DNA of 64,000 bases. Origin: Eledone cirrhosa. Taxonomy: Eukaryota. A model generated the notes under the pieces. The model saw nothing but the letters and a program-made list of their open reading frames with translations. It ran no database searches and was not told the DNA's origin. Location of the stretch: positions 427,180,001 to 427,244,000 of the forward strand of contig OZ024740.1 of NCBI GenBank assembly GCA_964016885.1. Direction: 5' to 3'. Of this stretch, positions 13,433 to 28,420 are shown piece after piece. A program made the translations under genes and the position numbers. Numbering within the stretch: the stretch's first letter is position 1; each line of letters begins with the position of its first letter.

Positions 13433-13672
13433 GATAGATATATATATATACATACACACACACACACACATATTTATATATGTATGCATCACCGTATATA
13501 TGTAAATGTTTGCTGTACGTATATATATATGAAAAACTATATAAATGTATGTAGATGTGTGTGAGTATTAGAATATATAAACAGATGTTTGAATGGATAT
13601 CGTTGATCGTCTGCCTGCAAGTGTAAGATTTGAAACCCTGGAATATCCAGGAATACTTCTCTATAACCGAAC

Positions 13673-13866
13673 AATAATTGTTTCTACTTTAGGCACAAGG
13701 CCAGCAAATACCCAGTACATTACTGGTACTTTATTCTATCGACTCCGTAAGGATGAAAGGCAAAGTTAACCTCGGCGGGATTTGAACTTAGACTGTAAAG
13801 GGACGTAACTACGCTGGAAATCATGGCGTCCGACCCTCTACCGATACTGCCAATCCACCGCCCTAA
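13673..13866 (-). mobile_element. SINE family 1 whose head seeds the adjacent satellite
   Basis: Complete tail, core and B box. The head CATGGCGTCCGACCCTCTACCGATACTGCCAATCCACCGCCCTA is the first array unit. Confidence 0.92.
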
Positions 13867-15980
13867 CAAGGCGTCCGACCCTCTACCGATACTGCCAATC
13901 CACCGCCCTAGCATGACGTCCGATCCTCTACCGATACTGCCAATCTACCACCCTAACATGGCGTCCAACCCTCTACCGATACTGCCAATCCACAGCCCTA
14001 ACATGGCGTCCGACCCTCTACCGATACTGCCAATCTACCACCCTAACATGGCCTCCGACCCTCTACCGATACTGCCAATCTACCACCCTAACATGGCCTC
14101 CGACCCTCTACCGATACTGCCAATCTACCGCCCTAACATGGCCTCCGACCCTCTACCGATACTGCCAATCTACCACCCTAACATGGCGTCCGACCCTCTA
14201 CCGATACTACCAATCCACCGCCCTAACATGGCCTCCGACCCTCTACCGATACTACCAATCCACCGCCCTAGCATGGCGTCCGACCCTCTACCGATACTAC
14301 CAATCCACAGCCCTAACATGGCGTCCGACCCTCTACCGATACTACCAATCCACCGCCCTAGCATGGCGTCCGACCCTCTACCGATACTGCCAATCCACCA
14401 CCCTAACATGACGTCCGACCCTCTACCGATACTGCCAATCTACCACCCTAACATGGCGTCCGACCCTCTACCGATACTGCCAATCTACCACCCTAACATG
14501 GCGTCCGACCCTCTACCTGTACTGCCAATCTACCACCCTAACATGGCCTCCGACCCTCTACCTGTACTGCCAATCTACCACCCTAACATGGCCTCCGACC
14601 CTCTACCGATACTGCCAATCCACAGCCCTAACATGGCCTCCGACCCTCTACCGATACTGCCAATCCACAGCCCTAACATGGCCTCCGACCCTCTACCGAT
14701 ACTGCCAATCCACAGCCCTAACATGGCCTCCGACCCTCTACCGATACTGCCAATCCACAGCCCTAACATGGCCTCCGACCCTCTACCGATACTACCAATC
14801 CACAGCCCTAACATGGCCTTCGACCCTCTACCGATACTGCCAATCCACAGCCCTAACATGGCGTCCGACCCTCTACCGATACTGCCAATCTACCACCCTA
14901 ACATGGCGTCCGACCCTCTACCTGTACTGCCAATCTACCACCCTAACATGGCCTCTGACCCTCTACCTGTACTGCCAATCCACAGCCCTAGCATGACCTC
15001 CGACCCTCTACCGATACTGCCAATCCACAGCCCTAACATGGCCTTCGACCCTCTACCGATATTGCCAATCCACAGCCCTAACATGGCCTCTGACCCTCTA
15101 CCTGTACTGCCAATCCACAGCCCTAACATGGCCTCCGACCCTCTACCGATACTACCAATCCACAGCCCTAACATGGCCTTCGACCCTCTACCGATACTGC
15201 CAATCCACCGCCCTAGCATGGCGTCCGACCCTCTACCGATACTGCCAATCCACAGCCCTAACATGGCCTCCGACCCTCTACCGATACTGCCAATCCACAG
15301 CCCTAACATGGCCTTCGACCCTCTACCGATACTGCCAATCCACAGCCCTAACATGGCCTCTGACCCTCTACCTGTACTGCCAATCCACAGCCCTAACATG
15401 GCCTCCGACCCTCTACCGATACTACCAATCCACAGCCCTAACATGGCCTTCGACCCTCTACCGATACTGCCAATCCACCGCCCTAGCATGGCGTCCGACC
15501 CTCTACCGATACTGCCAATCCACAGCCCTAACATGGCCTCCGACCCTCTACCGATACTGCCAATCCACAGCCCTAACATGGCCTTCGACCCTCTACCGAT
15601 ACTGCCAATCCACAGCCCTAACATGGCCTCTGACCCTCTACCTGTACTGCCAATCCACAGCCCTAACATGGCCTCCGACCCTCTACCGATACTACCAATC
15701 CACAGCCCTAACATGGCCTTCGACCCTCTACCGATACTGCCAATCCACCGCCCTAGCATGGCGTCCGACCCTCTACCGATACTGCCAATCCACAGCCCTA
15801 ACATGGCCTCCGACCCTCTACCGATACTGCCAATCCACAGCCCTAACATGGCCTTCGACCCTCTACCGATACTGCCAATCCACAGCCCTAACATGGCCTC
15901 TGACCCTCTACCTGTACTGCCAATCCACAGCCCTAACATGGCCTCTGACCCTCTACCTGTACTGCCAATCCACCGCCCTT
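13822..15980. repeat. 45-bp tandem array (about 48 units) derived from the SINE 5' head, with a 270-bp higher-order repeat
   Basis: Unit CATGGCSTCCGACCCTCTACCGATACTGCCAATCCACMGCCCTAA. The variant CCCTAGCATGGCGTCC recurs at 15211, 15481 and 15751. Confidence 0.97.
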
Positions 15981-15989
15981 AGAACTGAA

Positions 15990-16640
15990 TAATAATTGTT
16001 TCTATTATTGGCACAAGGCCAACAATTCTAAGGGAGAGGAATGTTGGTTAAATCGTCTCCAGTTTATTACAGGTACTTTCTTTTATGGACCCCGTAAGGA
16101 TGAAAAGAAAAGCTAACATTGGCGGGATCAGAACTCAGAAGGTAAAGATCCGGAACTTTGTGCCACAAAGCATGTTGTCCGACGCTCTACCGATTACTGC
16201 CATTCGACCGCCCTTGAATAATAATGGCTTCTTATATAGGCACAATGCCATCAATTTTGGGGGAAGGGAAAGTCGATTAAATCTACCCGAGTGTGTGACT
16301 GGTACTTTATTTTATCAACCCCGTCAGGATGAAAACTAAAGTTAAACTCGGCTGGATTTGAAATAAGAAGGTAAAGGGCCGTAACGCTATGCCGCAAATC
16401 ATTGTGTCCGGCGCTCTACCGATACCATCAATCCACCGCCAAAGTAATTTAATAATTGTTTCTGATTTAGGCAAGAGACAAAGAATTTGGGGCGAGGGGA
16501 AACTCATTTAATTCGACCCAAGTAAGTTACTGGTACTTTATTTTATTGACCCGTAACGTTGAAATGCAAAGCTAACTTCGGTGGGATTTGAAATCAGACC
16601 GTAAAGGGCCGTAACTTTATGCCGCAAATCATGTCCGTCT
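15990..16640 (-). mobile_element. three head-to-tail SINE family 1 copies
   Basis: Copies at about 15990-16215, 16218-16440 and 16450-16640, all in the same orientation. Confidence 0.85.
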
Positions 16641-16768
16641 ATATATACTGAATGCCGCCTAATATAATCACCGATAATATTATCTCCTGCTAGCTGTTAG
16701 CTGTTTAATGTTATCTGACTGACTCCATACTAAATTGATCACATTATGCGGCTTCCACATTAATACAA

Positions 16769-17190
16769 TCTTCTTCTTCTTCTTCTTCTTCTTCTTCTTC
16801 TTCTTCTTCTTCTTCTTCTTCTCCTCCTCCCCCTCCTCCTCCTCCTCCTCCTCCTCCTCCTTCTTCTTCTTCTTCTTCTTCTTCTTCTTCTTCTTCTTCT
16901 TCTTCTTCTTCTTCTTCTTCTTCTTCTTCTTCTTCTTCTTCTTCTTCCACAATCACCATTACCACCACCACCACCAACACTACCACAACCACAACCACCA
17001 CCACCAACAACAACACCACCAGCAACACCACCACCACTGCCACCACTACCGCCGCCACCACCACTACCACCACCACGACGACTACTACTACCACCACCAC
17101 CACCAAAACCACTACCACCACCACCACTATCACAGCCACCACCACCACCGCTACTACTACCACCACCAGCACCACCACCACCAACACCAC
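16769..17190. repeat. (TTC)n/(TCC)n/(CCA)n trinucleotide microsatellites
   Basis: Seen directly in the sequence. Confidence 0.95.
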
Positions 17191-17369
17191 GTACTGATTG
17201 ATAGATCGATAGCTTCATGTAATGATTGACAGATAGATAGAACGATATATAGACTGTTATCGGGAAGTTGGTTGGCTGGCAGGTTGGCCCACCTGGTTGG
17301 CTGGACCACGTGGCTGTCTGGACCTCCTTCTCGCTGGATGGACCACCTTCTGGCTCGATGGACCACCTT

Positions 17370-18366
17370 CTGGTTGGCTGGTTGTTTTGTTGGTTGGTTG
17401 GTTAGTAGGTTGATTGTTTGTTTGGCTGGTTGGTTGGTTGGTTGGTTGATTGGTTGGTTGGTTGGCTGGTTGGTTGGTTGGCTGGTTGGTTGGTTGGTTG
17501 GTGTATAGGTGTGTTGGTTGGTTGGTTGGTGTGTTGGTGTGTTGGTTGGTTGGCTGGTTGGTGTGTTGGTTGGTTGTCTGGTTGGTTGGTTGGTTGGTTG
17601 GTGTGTTGGTGTGTTGGTTGGTTGGTTGGTGTGTAGGTGTGTTGGTTGGTTGGTTGGTTGGTTGGTTGGTTGGTTGGTGTGTTGGTTGGTTGGCTGGTTG
17701 GTGTGTTGGTTGGTTGGTTGGCTGGTTGGTTAGCTGGCTGTCTGACTGGCTGGTTGGTTGGTTGGTGTGTTGGTGTGTTGGTTGGTTGGCTGGTTGGTGT
17801 GTTGGTTGGTTGGTTGGCTGGTTGGTTGGTTAGTTGGCTGTCTGACTGGCTGGTTGGTTGGTTGGTTGGTTAGTAGGTTGGTTGTTTGTTTGGTTGGTTG
17901 CTTGGAGTGTTGGTTGGTTGGAGTGTTGGTTGGTTGGTTGGTTGGTTGCTTGGTGTGTAGGTTGGTTGGCTGGTTGGCTGGCTGGTTGGTTGGTTGGTTG
18001 GTTGGTTGGCTGGCTGGTTGGTTGGTTGGTTGGTTGGCTGGTTGGTTGGTGTGTAGGTTGGTTGGTTGGTTGGTTGGTTGGCTGGTTGGTTGGTTGGTTG
18101 GTTGGCTGGTTGGTTGGTGTGTAGGTTGGTTGGTTGGTCGGTTGGTTGGTTGGCTGGTTGGCTTGTAGGTTGGTTGGTTGGTTGGCTTGTTTGTTGGTTG
18201 GTTGCTTGGCTGGTTGGTGTGTTGGTTGATTGGTTGGTTGGTTGGTTGGTTGGTGTGTTGGTGTGTTGGTTGGTTGGCTGGTTGGTTGGTTGGTTGGTTG
18301 GTTGGTTAGCTGGCTGTCTGACTGGCTGGTTGGTTGGTTGGTTGGTTGGTTGGTTGGTTGGTTGGT
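17370..18366. repeat. degenerate (GGTT)n tetranucleotide satellite
   Basis: About 1 kb of GGTT/GGCT/GTGT units. Confidence 0.95.
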
Positions 18367-18678
18367 GAGATAACTGGATATAGGAACGGTTGGATTGATG
18401 GGTAGTTAGATTGATGGGCGGATGGCTAGAGAGAGAGAGGGATGGAGAGAGAGGTGGAGAAAGAGGTTCAGAGAGAGAGTGGGAGAGAAAGGGAGATAGG
18501 AGAGGGGGGTTGATGAAGAGGGTGAGAGAGAAAGGGAGAGAGATTGATGAGTGGATCTTTCGATAGATAGTTAGATAGAGAGAGAAATAGATAGATATAT
18601 TGATAGGTGGGTAGATTGATAGACAGATAGATAGATGGAGAGACAGAGAGAGAGTGAGAGAGAGATAGATAGATAGAT

Positions 18679-18758
<80 letters not shown>

Positions 18759-19329
18759 GTATTGTTGGACAGCTGGACACAGTAAGGTAGAAAGAGGCAA
18801 TGGTGAAGAAGAAGAAGAAGAAGAAGAAGAAGAAGAAGAAGAAGAAGAGGTGTGTGTCATGGCATAGGAAGTTGATGGGGTGGGGGTCGGGTGTGTGAGA
18901 CTGTTCTGTAGTGGAGGAGGAGGAGGAGGAGGAGGAGGAGGAGGAGGAGGAGGAGGAAGTTAGACCTTGAGATAGGAAAGGGAGGATTGAAGGACATGGA
19001 TGGTAAGGGTGAGTGAAGGTGAAGTTAGAGAGGGGTCAAAGGAGGGGTTGGGGTGGTTCTGGATCGAGGAAGGGATGAGGGGAATGGAATGCCAGCGATG
19101 GAAGAAAAGTGTAGGTGGAGAAAGAAAGGAAAGGAGGGGCAGAAGGAAAGTGAAGAAAAAGGGGTTGAGATTGGTGGGGGCGGGGTGAAATAAAGAGGAA
19201 AGGTGGTAGTGAGAATGGTGGGGGAGGAGTGAGGAAGAAGTGTGTTGGGAAGAGTTGTGAAAGTTCTCGGGAGAGGTTTGGAATATGTATGGCAGATGAG
19301 GAGTCACTTTCGGTGTAGGGTGGGTTAGG

Positions 19330-22300
19330 CTGACGTGTGTGTACACGCGCCGTACACATGTAACTATAGAAACACATACAAACACGTACACATGCACATG
19401 CAAACAAATACACATGCATACACATGTAACTATAGAAACACGTACAAACACGTACACATGCACATGCAAACAAATACACATGCATACACGCGAAGTATAC
19501 ACACACACACACATACAAACACTTGTGCACATATATACCTAGACAGGTTCATGTACACACATATACAAGCCTCCGAGTACATTCAGTCACACAGACAGGT
19601 ATGGGGACATACACATTCACACACACACGTCTACAAATACATACATATAGCCACGTACATACATATTCACACACACGTCTACAAATACATACATATAGCC
19701 ACGTACATACATATTCACACACACACGTCTACAAATACATATATATAGCCACGTACATACATATAGCCACGTACATACATATTCACACACACACGTCTAC
19801 AAATACATATATATAGCCACGTACATACATATAGCCACGTACATACATATTCACACACACACGTCTAAAAACACATACATATAACCACATACATACATAT
19901 TCACACACACACACGCCTACGAACACATACATATAACCACATACATAAATATTCACACACACGCCTACGAACACATACATATTCACACACACACATACAT
20001 ACATACACATACACATAGATATAAGTGCTCGCACGCATATATTTACAGCCCCAATCATGCACATATTCAGACATATAGAGGGCCCCACGCACGTTTACTC
20101 ACTCAGAAGGACACACATGCACAACACCTATACATGTAGAAACAAACACTCATAAATACACACGTAAACGAAATTACTGGTGCGCACATCACAATTTACA
20201 CAGTCAGCCATGCGCATATAAACACGTACTTCTACAGTAAGATATATAAACATTTACACACACATAAACATATGGAGATGAGCGCAGCATTGTCGTCCAC
20301 ATAAGTACATATGTATATATGTGTGTGTGCACCTACATATGTATATGTGTGTCCCTACATATATATATATGTGCATCTACGTATGTATATATATATGTGC
20401 ATCTACGTATGTATACGTGTGCACCTACATATATATATATATGTAGGTGCACACGTATACATACGTAGATGCACACATATATATATATGTAGGTGCACAC
20501 AAATACATATATATATATATGTGCACCTACATATATATATATGTGTGCATCTACGTATGTATATGTGTGCACCTACATATACATATGTAGGTGCACACAC
20601 ACTGCTGCCCCTGCCCTATACACACACACTTCTGCCCTGCCCTATACACACACATACATGCATTGATTGACATTCACACATCATCACATATGTATTCTTA
20701 CTGATAGGGAAATACACACGAACACACGGACACATTTACACGAATATACGCATCACGCGTGTATACGAAATAGCACATATATACACATCACGCATATATA
20801 CGCAACAACACATATATACGCATCACACATATATACGCATCACGCATATATACGCATCACGCGTACACTCAATTTTGCGTGAATACAATTCATATTACAT
20901 AGTGAAGGCACGTAGCTCAGTTGTTAGGGTGTCCAGCTCACGTATGTAAACTCATAAGTTCTAAACCTGAGCCGGGTAGCGCCTTGTTTTATTCAGCAAG
21001 GCCCTTTCTTCTGTTGCTCTACTCTAGTCAACTGGAAAAAATGAGCTGTACCTGTAATTCAAATGGCCAGCCTAGTCAAGCATTGTAAAACGCTGAATCT
21101 TCCTGAGAGCAACGTTAAAGGTACACGTGTCCCTGGAATGTTCAGACACATACTAGTTAAGTTCCCGAATAGGGAGTGTTTCGTTGGCCGAATCAACTGG
21201 AAGCACTCATCGTTGTAATCAAACGGAGATCCAACAACATGTTGCATACATAGATATCTGTATACATCATATATACATTCAAATTCACACACACACACAC
21301 GCGCGCGTGTGCGTACACACACACTCACACACACACGTACACACACACACCCGTACACACACACACACACTCGTACACACACACACACCACAGGAATACA
21401 CACAGTACATATGTAGTACAGTTACACCCTAGCGCAAACACACACACAAATTCATCACAAACACAGACACACACAAACACACACAAACACACACACACGC
21501 ACATACAAACACACACACAAACACACACACATACACACGCACACACACACAAACATACAAACGCACACAAACATTCATCACACACACACACACATACACA
21601 CACCCATCAAACATACAAACACACACACACGCAAACACACACAAATACTCATCACAAACACACACAAATACACACACATGCATACACACACAAACACACA
21701 CATACATACACACACAAACACTCATCACAAACACACGGAAACATACATACACACACAAACACTCATCACAAACACACACACACACGCAAACACTCATCAC
21801 AAACACACACCCATACACACATACACACACACACATACACACCCATACACACCCATACACACACATACACACATAGTAGAGGAATGCACTCCATGTACAA
21901 TTTCACCCCAGTGTACCCGAGGACATGTGCGTTCGCAAACACATTCAGATTCACATACACATACATACACCTGTACATACACATACATACACATATATAT
22001 GCACATATACATACATTACACACACACATACATACACATATACATACATACACATACACATATATATACATACACATACACATATACATACATACACATA
22101 CACATACACATATACATACATACACATACACATATACATACATACACATACACATATACATACATACACATACACATACACATATACATACATACACATA
22201 CACATACAGAACCATATTCACATCACATAAATGTTTATAAAAAGTGGATCATACATATTAAGCGCGTGCGCACATACACACACACATAAATAATAACGCA

Positions 22301-22630
22301 TCGCACACTCACACGCACACACTCTTCACAAACACACACACAATCACTATTCACAAACACACACACACACACACACACTCACTCTTCACAAACACACACT
22401 CACTCACTCTTCACAAACACAGACACACACACGCACACACTCACTCATCACAAGGAAACGCACAAACACATTCACACGCACACATCACAAACGCACGCAC
22501 GCACACACTCATCACAAACACACACACACACTCACACACAGATACACACATTCACTCATCCCAAACCTACCAAGACACACGTACACACACTCATCACAAA
22601 CACACACACACAACACAAACACACACACCC
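19330..22630. repeat. compound CA/TA-derived mini- and microsatellite field
   Basis: Includes about 46-50 bp units (CACACACGTCTACAAATACATACATATAGCCACGTACATACATATT) at 19615-19990 and an 80-bp palindrome at 20396-20475. Confidence 0.9.
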
Positions 22631-22929
22631 TTTCATTTTATTGTACCATAAATAAAACCGTATTTGCAGTTATATTTACGGTTAAATACTGCCTTACTTA
22701 TAAGACGCCTGGTACAAACGGGCATCTATCTATGTAATTATATATATATGTGTATGTGTGTGTTTGTGTGTGTGTGTGTGAGTGTATGTGTGTGTGTGTT
22801 ACATCAAAATAGAACCACTTTTAAACTAGTTAGACCATTACTCACGAGAGTACAGTTCCAGACTCAGTCAGATATTGTACTCTGGTCAAACGGCAAGAAC
22901 TCAGCCGTTGGGCCAGGACACCTTCTAAT

Positions 22930-22997
<68 letters not shown>

Positions 22998-23080
22998 GTT
23001 TATACAATATGTAAATATATATATGTAGTATAAATATATACATATATGTGTGTGTATATATATATATATAATATATATAT

Positions 23081-23345
23081 ACGATATTAATAAATGGAAA
23101 CTATATTAATAAAACCATATATTTATTTCATTATAAATATTTCAAGGATACCAAGTTACATTATGGTATGCCTTCATCAGACAAAATACGATATATAACA
23201 GTTTTATAAATAGACATTGAAATATATATAATGAAATAAATATGGTTTTAGTTTCCATTTATTAATATCGTATATCTACTCGAAATATTTGTCGAGTGCT
23301 TTATATCAGTTATAAAAATATTTGCTTGTTGTATCCCAACAATTT
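23081..23345. mobile_element. HHR micro-element family H, inverted-repeat structure
   Basis: HHR on - at 23127-23187 (CTGATGA-aggcatacca..tggtatcct-t-GAAAT). The + arm starts at ttGAAAtatata (23217). Relatives lie at 23645-23700(-) and about 49960-50095(+). Confidence 0.75.
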
Positions 23346-23454
23346 AAATAAAACTTTTGCATATAATATATATATATATATGAACGATACTACCCTAAGT
23401 ATTGAGTACTTTGGTGCGTTATGGTCCACCTGGTTCCTTACCACATTTCCTTCG

Positions 23455-23518
<64 letters not shown>

Positions 23519-23522
23519 TGTA

Positions 23523-23570
<48 letters not shown>

Positions 23571-23719
23571 CCACCTTTTCTTTCTCTATCTCTCTCTACA
23601 TATATACACACACACATATATATATATATATAGACATATATAGATCTTTATAACTGATTCAGAGCACTCGACAAGTTTCTGGAGTAAGTATTCAATGATA
23701 TTAAATGTGCACAAAGAAA

Positions 23720-24139
<420 letters not shown>

Positions 24140-24141
<2 letters not shown>

Positions 24142-24314
24142 CGGAGTTGTGGTAAGGAACTAGAAGGACCATAACGCACCAGAGTACTCAATACTTATGG
24201 TAGTAGAGTGGGTAAAAGGAGAAAGTATGACCCCGACGGCAGAGCTCAAGCCGTTGCGACGGCTATTTCTGAACTGAACGGCTTGAGCTCAGCCGTTGGG
24301 GTCATACTTTCTCC

Positions 24315-24318
<4 letters not shown>
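24140..24318 (-). mobile_element. family A element (minus) with partial inverted arm
   Basis: Reverse-complement tail plus HHR half, then an inverted arm at 24276-24316. Confidence 0.85.
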
Positions 24319-24392
<74 letters not shown>

Positions 24393-24454
24393 GCCTTTCT
24401 TTGTACACATTAACATACACCCATACCCGCGTAATACACACACTAAAACCTGCT

Positions 24455-24568
<114 letters not shown>

Positions 24569-24620
24569 ATATACCTGAGCATAAAAACATGAATTCTTCT
24601 TGTCTCGTTTTAATGTATTC

Positions 24621-24966
24621 ACCTATCACAGACATGTGTACATGTGTAAATTAACACATCTCTACATATACCTATCACAGACATGTGTACATGTGTAAAT
24701 TAACACATCTCTACATATACCTATCACAGACATGTGTACATGTGTAAATTAATACATCTCTACATATACCTATCACAGACATGTGTACATGTGTAAATTA
24801 ACACATCTCTACATATACCTATCACAGACATGTGTACATGTGTAAATTAACACATCTCTACATATACCTATCACAGACATGTGTACATGTGTAAATTAAC
24901 ACATCTCTACATATACCTATCACAGACATGTGTACATGTGTAAATTAACACATCTCTACATATACC
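24621..24966. repeat. 49-bp minisatellite, 7 near-identical copies
   Basis: Unit ACCTATCACAGACATGTGTACATGTGTAAATTAACACATCTCTACATAT. Confidence 0.97.
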
Positions 24967-25175
24967 AGGAAACCTCTACCTATAGAAATAGCAGCCAATC
25001 TCTATGAAATAGCACTCTAATGTAGTAACTATGTGTGTACGGGTTGTTGGTGTTTGAGATGTTAACACACAAGGAGAACAGGCAGGATGGTCATGGCTGG
25101 AACCTATTTAATCATGTCTGCTCTGTTAAGGTCGACTTAAGGGGATAAACAACATCAACAAGATTTTTATTTTAG

Positions 25176-25256
<81 letters not shown>

Positions 25257-25848
25257 TCAAGACACGATTACTCACTCTTACTCATACGCGCACACACCAT
25301 CACACACTCACACACTCACAGACAGGCACACGTACTCACACATACACGCACGAGTCCACACACACACTCACACACACACAGGCAGGCACACATACTCACA
25401 CATACACGCACGAGTCCACACACACATACATACACACACGTACACACATGCACACACACACACGCATACACACACATGTACATCTGCAATATCCACAGCC
25501 ACACTAAAATAAAGATACACACACATACATACACACAAACCTTTAGAAACTTAACCATACATATACTTACTTCACAACCTCCACACACATACACAGGCAT
25601 TTACAAATGCACATACACATCAGTGTGCGTGCGACTTATTATCATATACACACATTTTAGTTAATCACACACAAGGACGCAACAAACATACACGCATATA
25701 CAAATGCACACACACGCAACATATATTCACTATTTCGTATAAATATATACATAATAAATAATATAGACATAGATTCGTATACACACGCACACACACACAC
25801 ACACACATATACACACATACGCACACACACACACACATATACACACAT

Positions 25849-25884
<36 letters not shown>

Positions 25885-25989
25885 ACTCACATATGCACAC
25901 GCACGCACAGACACACACAAACAGATATATATGTGTGTGTGTGGAAACAAATAAATATTCTTAAAAAGACCCCAGTTGCATTTTCGATT

Positions 25990-26045
<56 letters not shown>

Positions 26046-26070
26046 AAAAAGAGTCAGGACCCCCGACGAC

Positions 26071-26114
<44 letters not shown>

Positions 26115-26174
26115 ACTGCCTCTTCGCTTCCACGTTATCTTTTTGTTTTCTGTTTACTGTCTCAACTTTAATAT

Positions 26175-26275
<101 letters not shown>

Positions 26276-26666
26276 CACACACACGCAAGCACACTGTCAC
26301 ACATCAACCATGCGTAATCTATTTGAGTGCAATATCTCAGTCTTACACACACATGCATCCAAAGTAAAACGACTGCAGAGACTTGAGTAGACGTCTGTAA
26401 CATATGTAGACATGGATGTTAACAGAACCACACATGATTACTTCGACAGAGAAACCTAAACGACAAAACCTGGAACAACGAGAAACATACACACAGACAC
26501 ACACGCAAACAAAGTTATGTCTCACCAAATGTAACGTCACAATATACTGTCTTATTGCTTATTTAATGAGTGTTTGTGATGGCGGGGATTTGTAACATCA
26601 TTTGCCTGTTTGAAAATGCGTGTCTATATATATATATGTATATATATATGTATGTATATATATATG

Positions 26667-26815
<149 letters not shown>

Positions 26816-26983
26816 CTGCAGGTAGCACATGGTAACATATGATAAAATACGTCCCTCATCAGTGATTTGCCGAAGATCATAGATATTTCATTGCATTAAA
26901 AATCATATATCTCACTTCGGTGCAATAATAACCAAAATAAGTTATTAGGACAATTAAAACGCGTAAAGCGAGTGAGACAGGAG

Positions 26984-27031
<48 letters not shown>

Positions 27032-27055
27032 GTACTATATATATATATATATATA

Positions 27056-27249
27056 TAGGAACCAGTAAGACCCCGACAGCTGAGCTCAAGCCGTTTCGAC
27101 GGCTAATTCAGTCCAGAATTAGCCGTCGAAACGGCTTGAGCTCAGCTGTCGGGGTCTTACTGGTTCCTATTACCCACTCTACTACCTCAAGTATTGAGTA
27201 CTTTGGTGCGTTATGGTCCACCTGGTTCCCTACCACATTTCCTTCGTTA
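27056..27249 (+). mobile_element. family A element: palindrome plus tail
   Basis: Same structure as 23900-24092. Tail-only copies are at 23387-23457, 27619-27710 and 49441-49525. Confidence 0.9.
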
Positions 27250-27256
27250 TATATAT

Positions 27257-27289
<33 letters not shown>

Positions 27290-27294
27290 CATAC

Positions 27295-27336
<42 letters not shown>

Positions 27337-27341
27337 ATATA

Positions 27342-27471
<130 letters not shown>

Positions 27472-27539
27472 TAAAATAACAAAATTAAAGTTTAAGCAAA
27501 GAATCGGTGCTTTCACCCTTAACGGGATCTTTTGAAACG

Positions 27540-27603
<64 letters not shown>

Positions 27604-27707
27604 TATACACATACATATTACTTGTTCCTATTACCCACTCTACTACCCTAAGTATTGAGTACTTTAGTGCGTTATGGTCCACCTGGTTCCTTACCACATT
27701 TCCTCCG

Positions 27708-27759
<52 letters not shown>

Positions 27760-27761
<2 letters not shown>

Positions 27762-27905
27762 GCAACACCATTGATCGGGTGAAGATTGGATATAACTCTA
27801 AGTTATAATAACAAGTAAAGACCACAATATTTCCCCATAGCTGTAGCACACAGTGATAGCGGATGTTAGGCAAATCTAAATGGTAATACAGGGTAAACGA
27901 TCCAC
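27760..27905. repeat. dispersed repeat (family K), inverted copy at about 31933-32075
   Basis: GTGATAGCGGATGTTAGGCAAAT here is the reverse complement of ATTTGCCTAACATCCGCTATCAC there. Confidence 0.8.
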
Positions 27906-27910
27906 TTACT

Positions 27911-27968
<58 letters not shown>

Positions 27969-28044
27969 ATAATAAGGGTTGACGGACCCAACATATTTAT
28001 CAATGCCAGTACCGGTTGTATGTATATATATATATATATATATA

Positions 28045-28420
28045 AAAAAAGATGAAATCGAAAATGCAACTGGAGTCTTATTTTAAAAAATATATATATT
28101 TATTTCGTTCCTTTACCGGTTTCAAAGTTATTCTGCTTTTCAAAAGTAGAGTTGAGCTGAAGGGTCTGTGGTTTTTCTCACATCTGAGAAAAATGTGAGA
28201 AAAACCACAGATGGGAGAAAAACTACAGACCCTCCACCTCAACTCTACTTTTGAAAAGCAGAAGAACTGCGAAACCGGCAAAGGAACCAAATAAATATAT
28301 ATGTTTTTTTAAAAATAAGACTCCAGTTGCATTTTCGATTTCATCTTTTTTTCTTTATACTTTCACTCGTGTAGGACACCTCGGTTATTTTTCATTTTGT
28401 AAAAAAAACCTCGCTTTCTA
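28045..28420. mobile_element. family C element, inverted repeat with an HHR in each arm
   Basis: Arms are about 28045-28183 and 28193-28350. HHR cores TTGAAAA (U3-A8 variant) at 28111-28146(-) and 28248-28283(+). Confidence 0.8.

Noticed and set aside
13822-15980. CRISPR array or telomeric repeat
   Set aside because: There are no unique spacers and no cas genes, and the context is eukaryotic. TTAGGG occurs singly per unit, not in tandem.
13823-15982. 719-aa ORF (MASDPLPILPIHSPN)n as a real protein
   Set aside because: It is the antisense of a SINE head repeated with a 45-bp period. A stop-free frame follows from the unit length, and there is no unique coding sequence.
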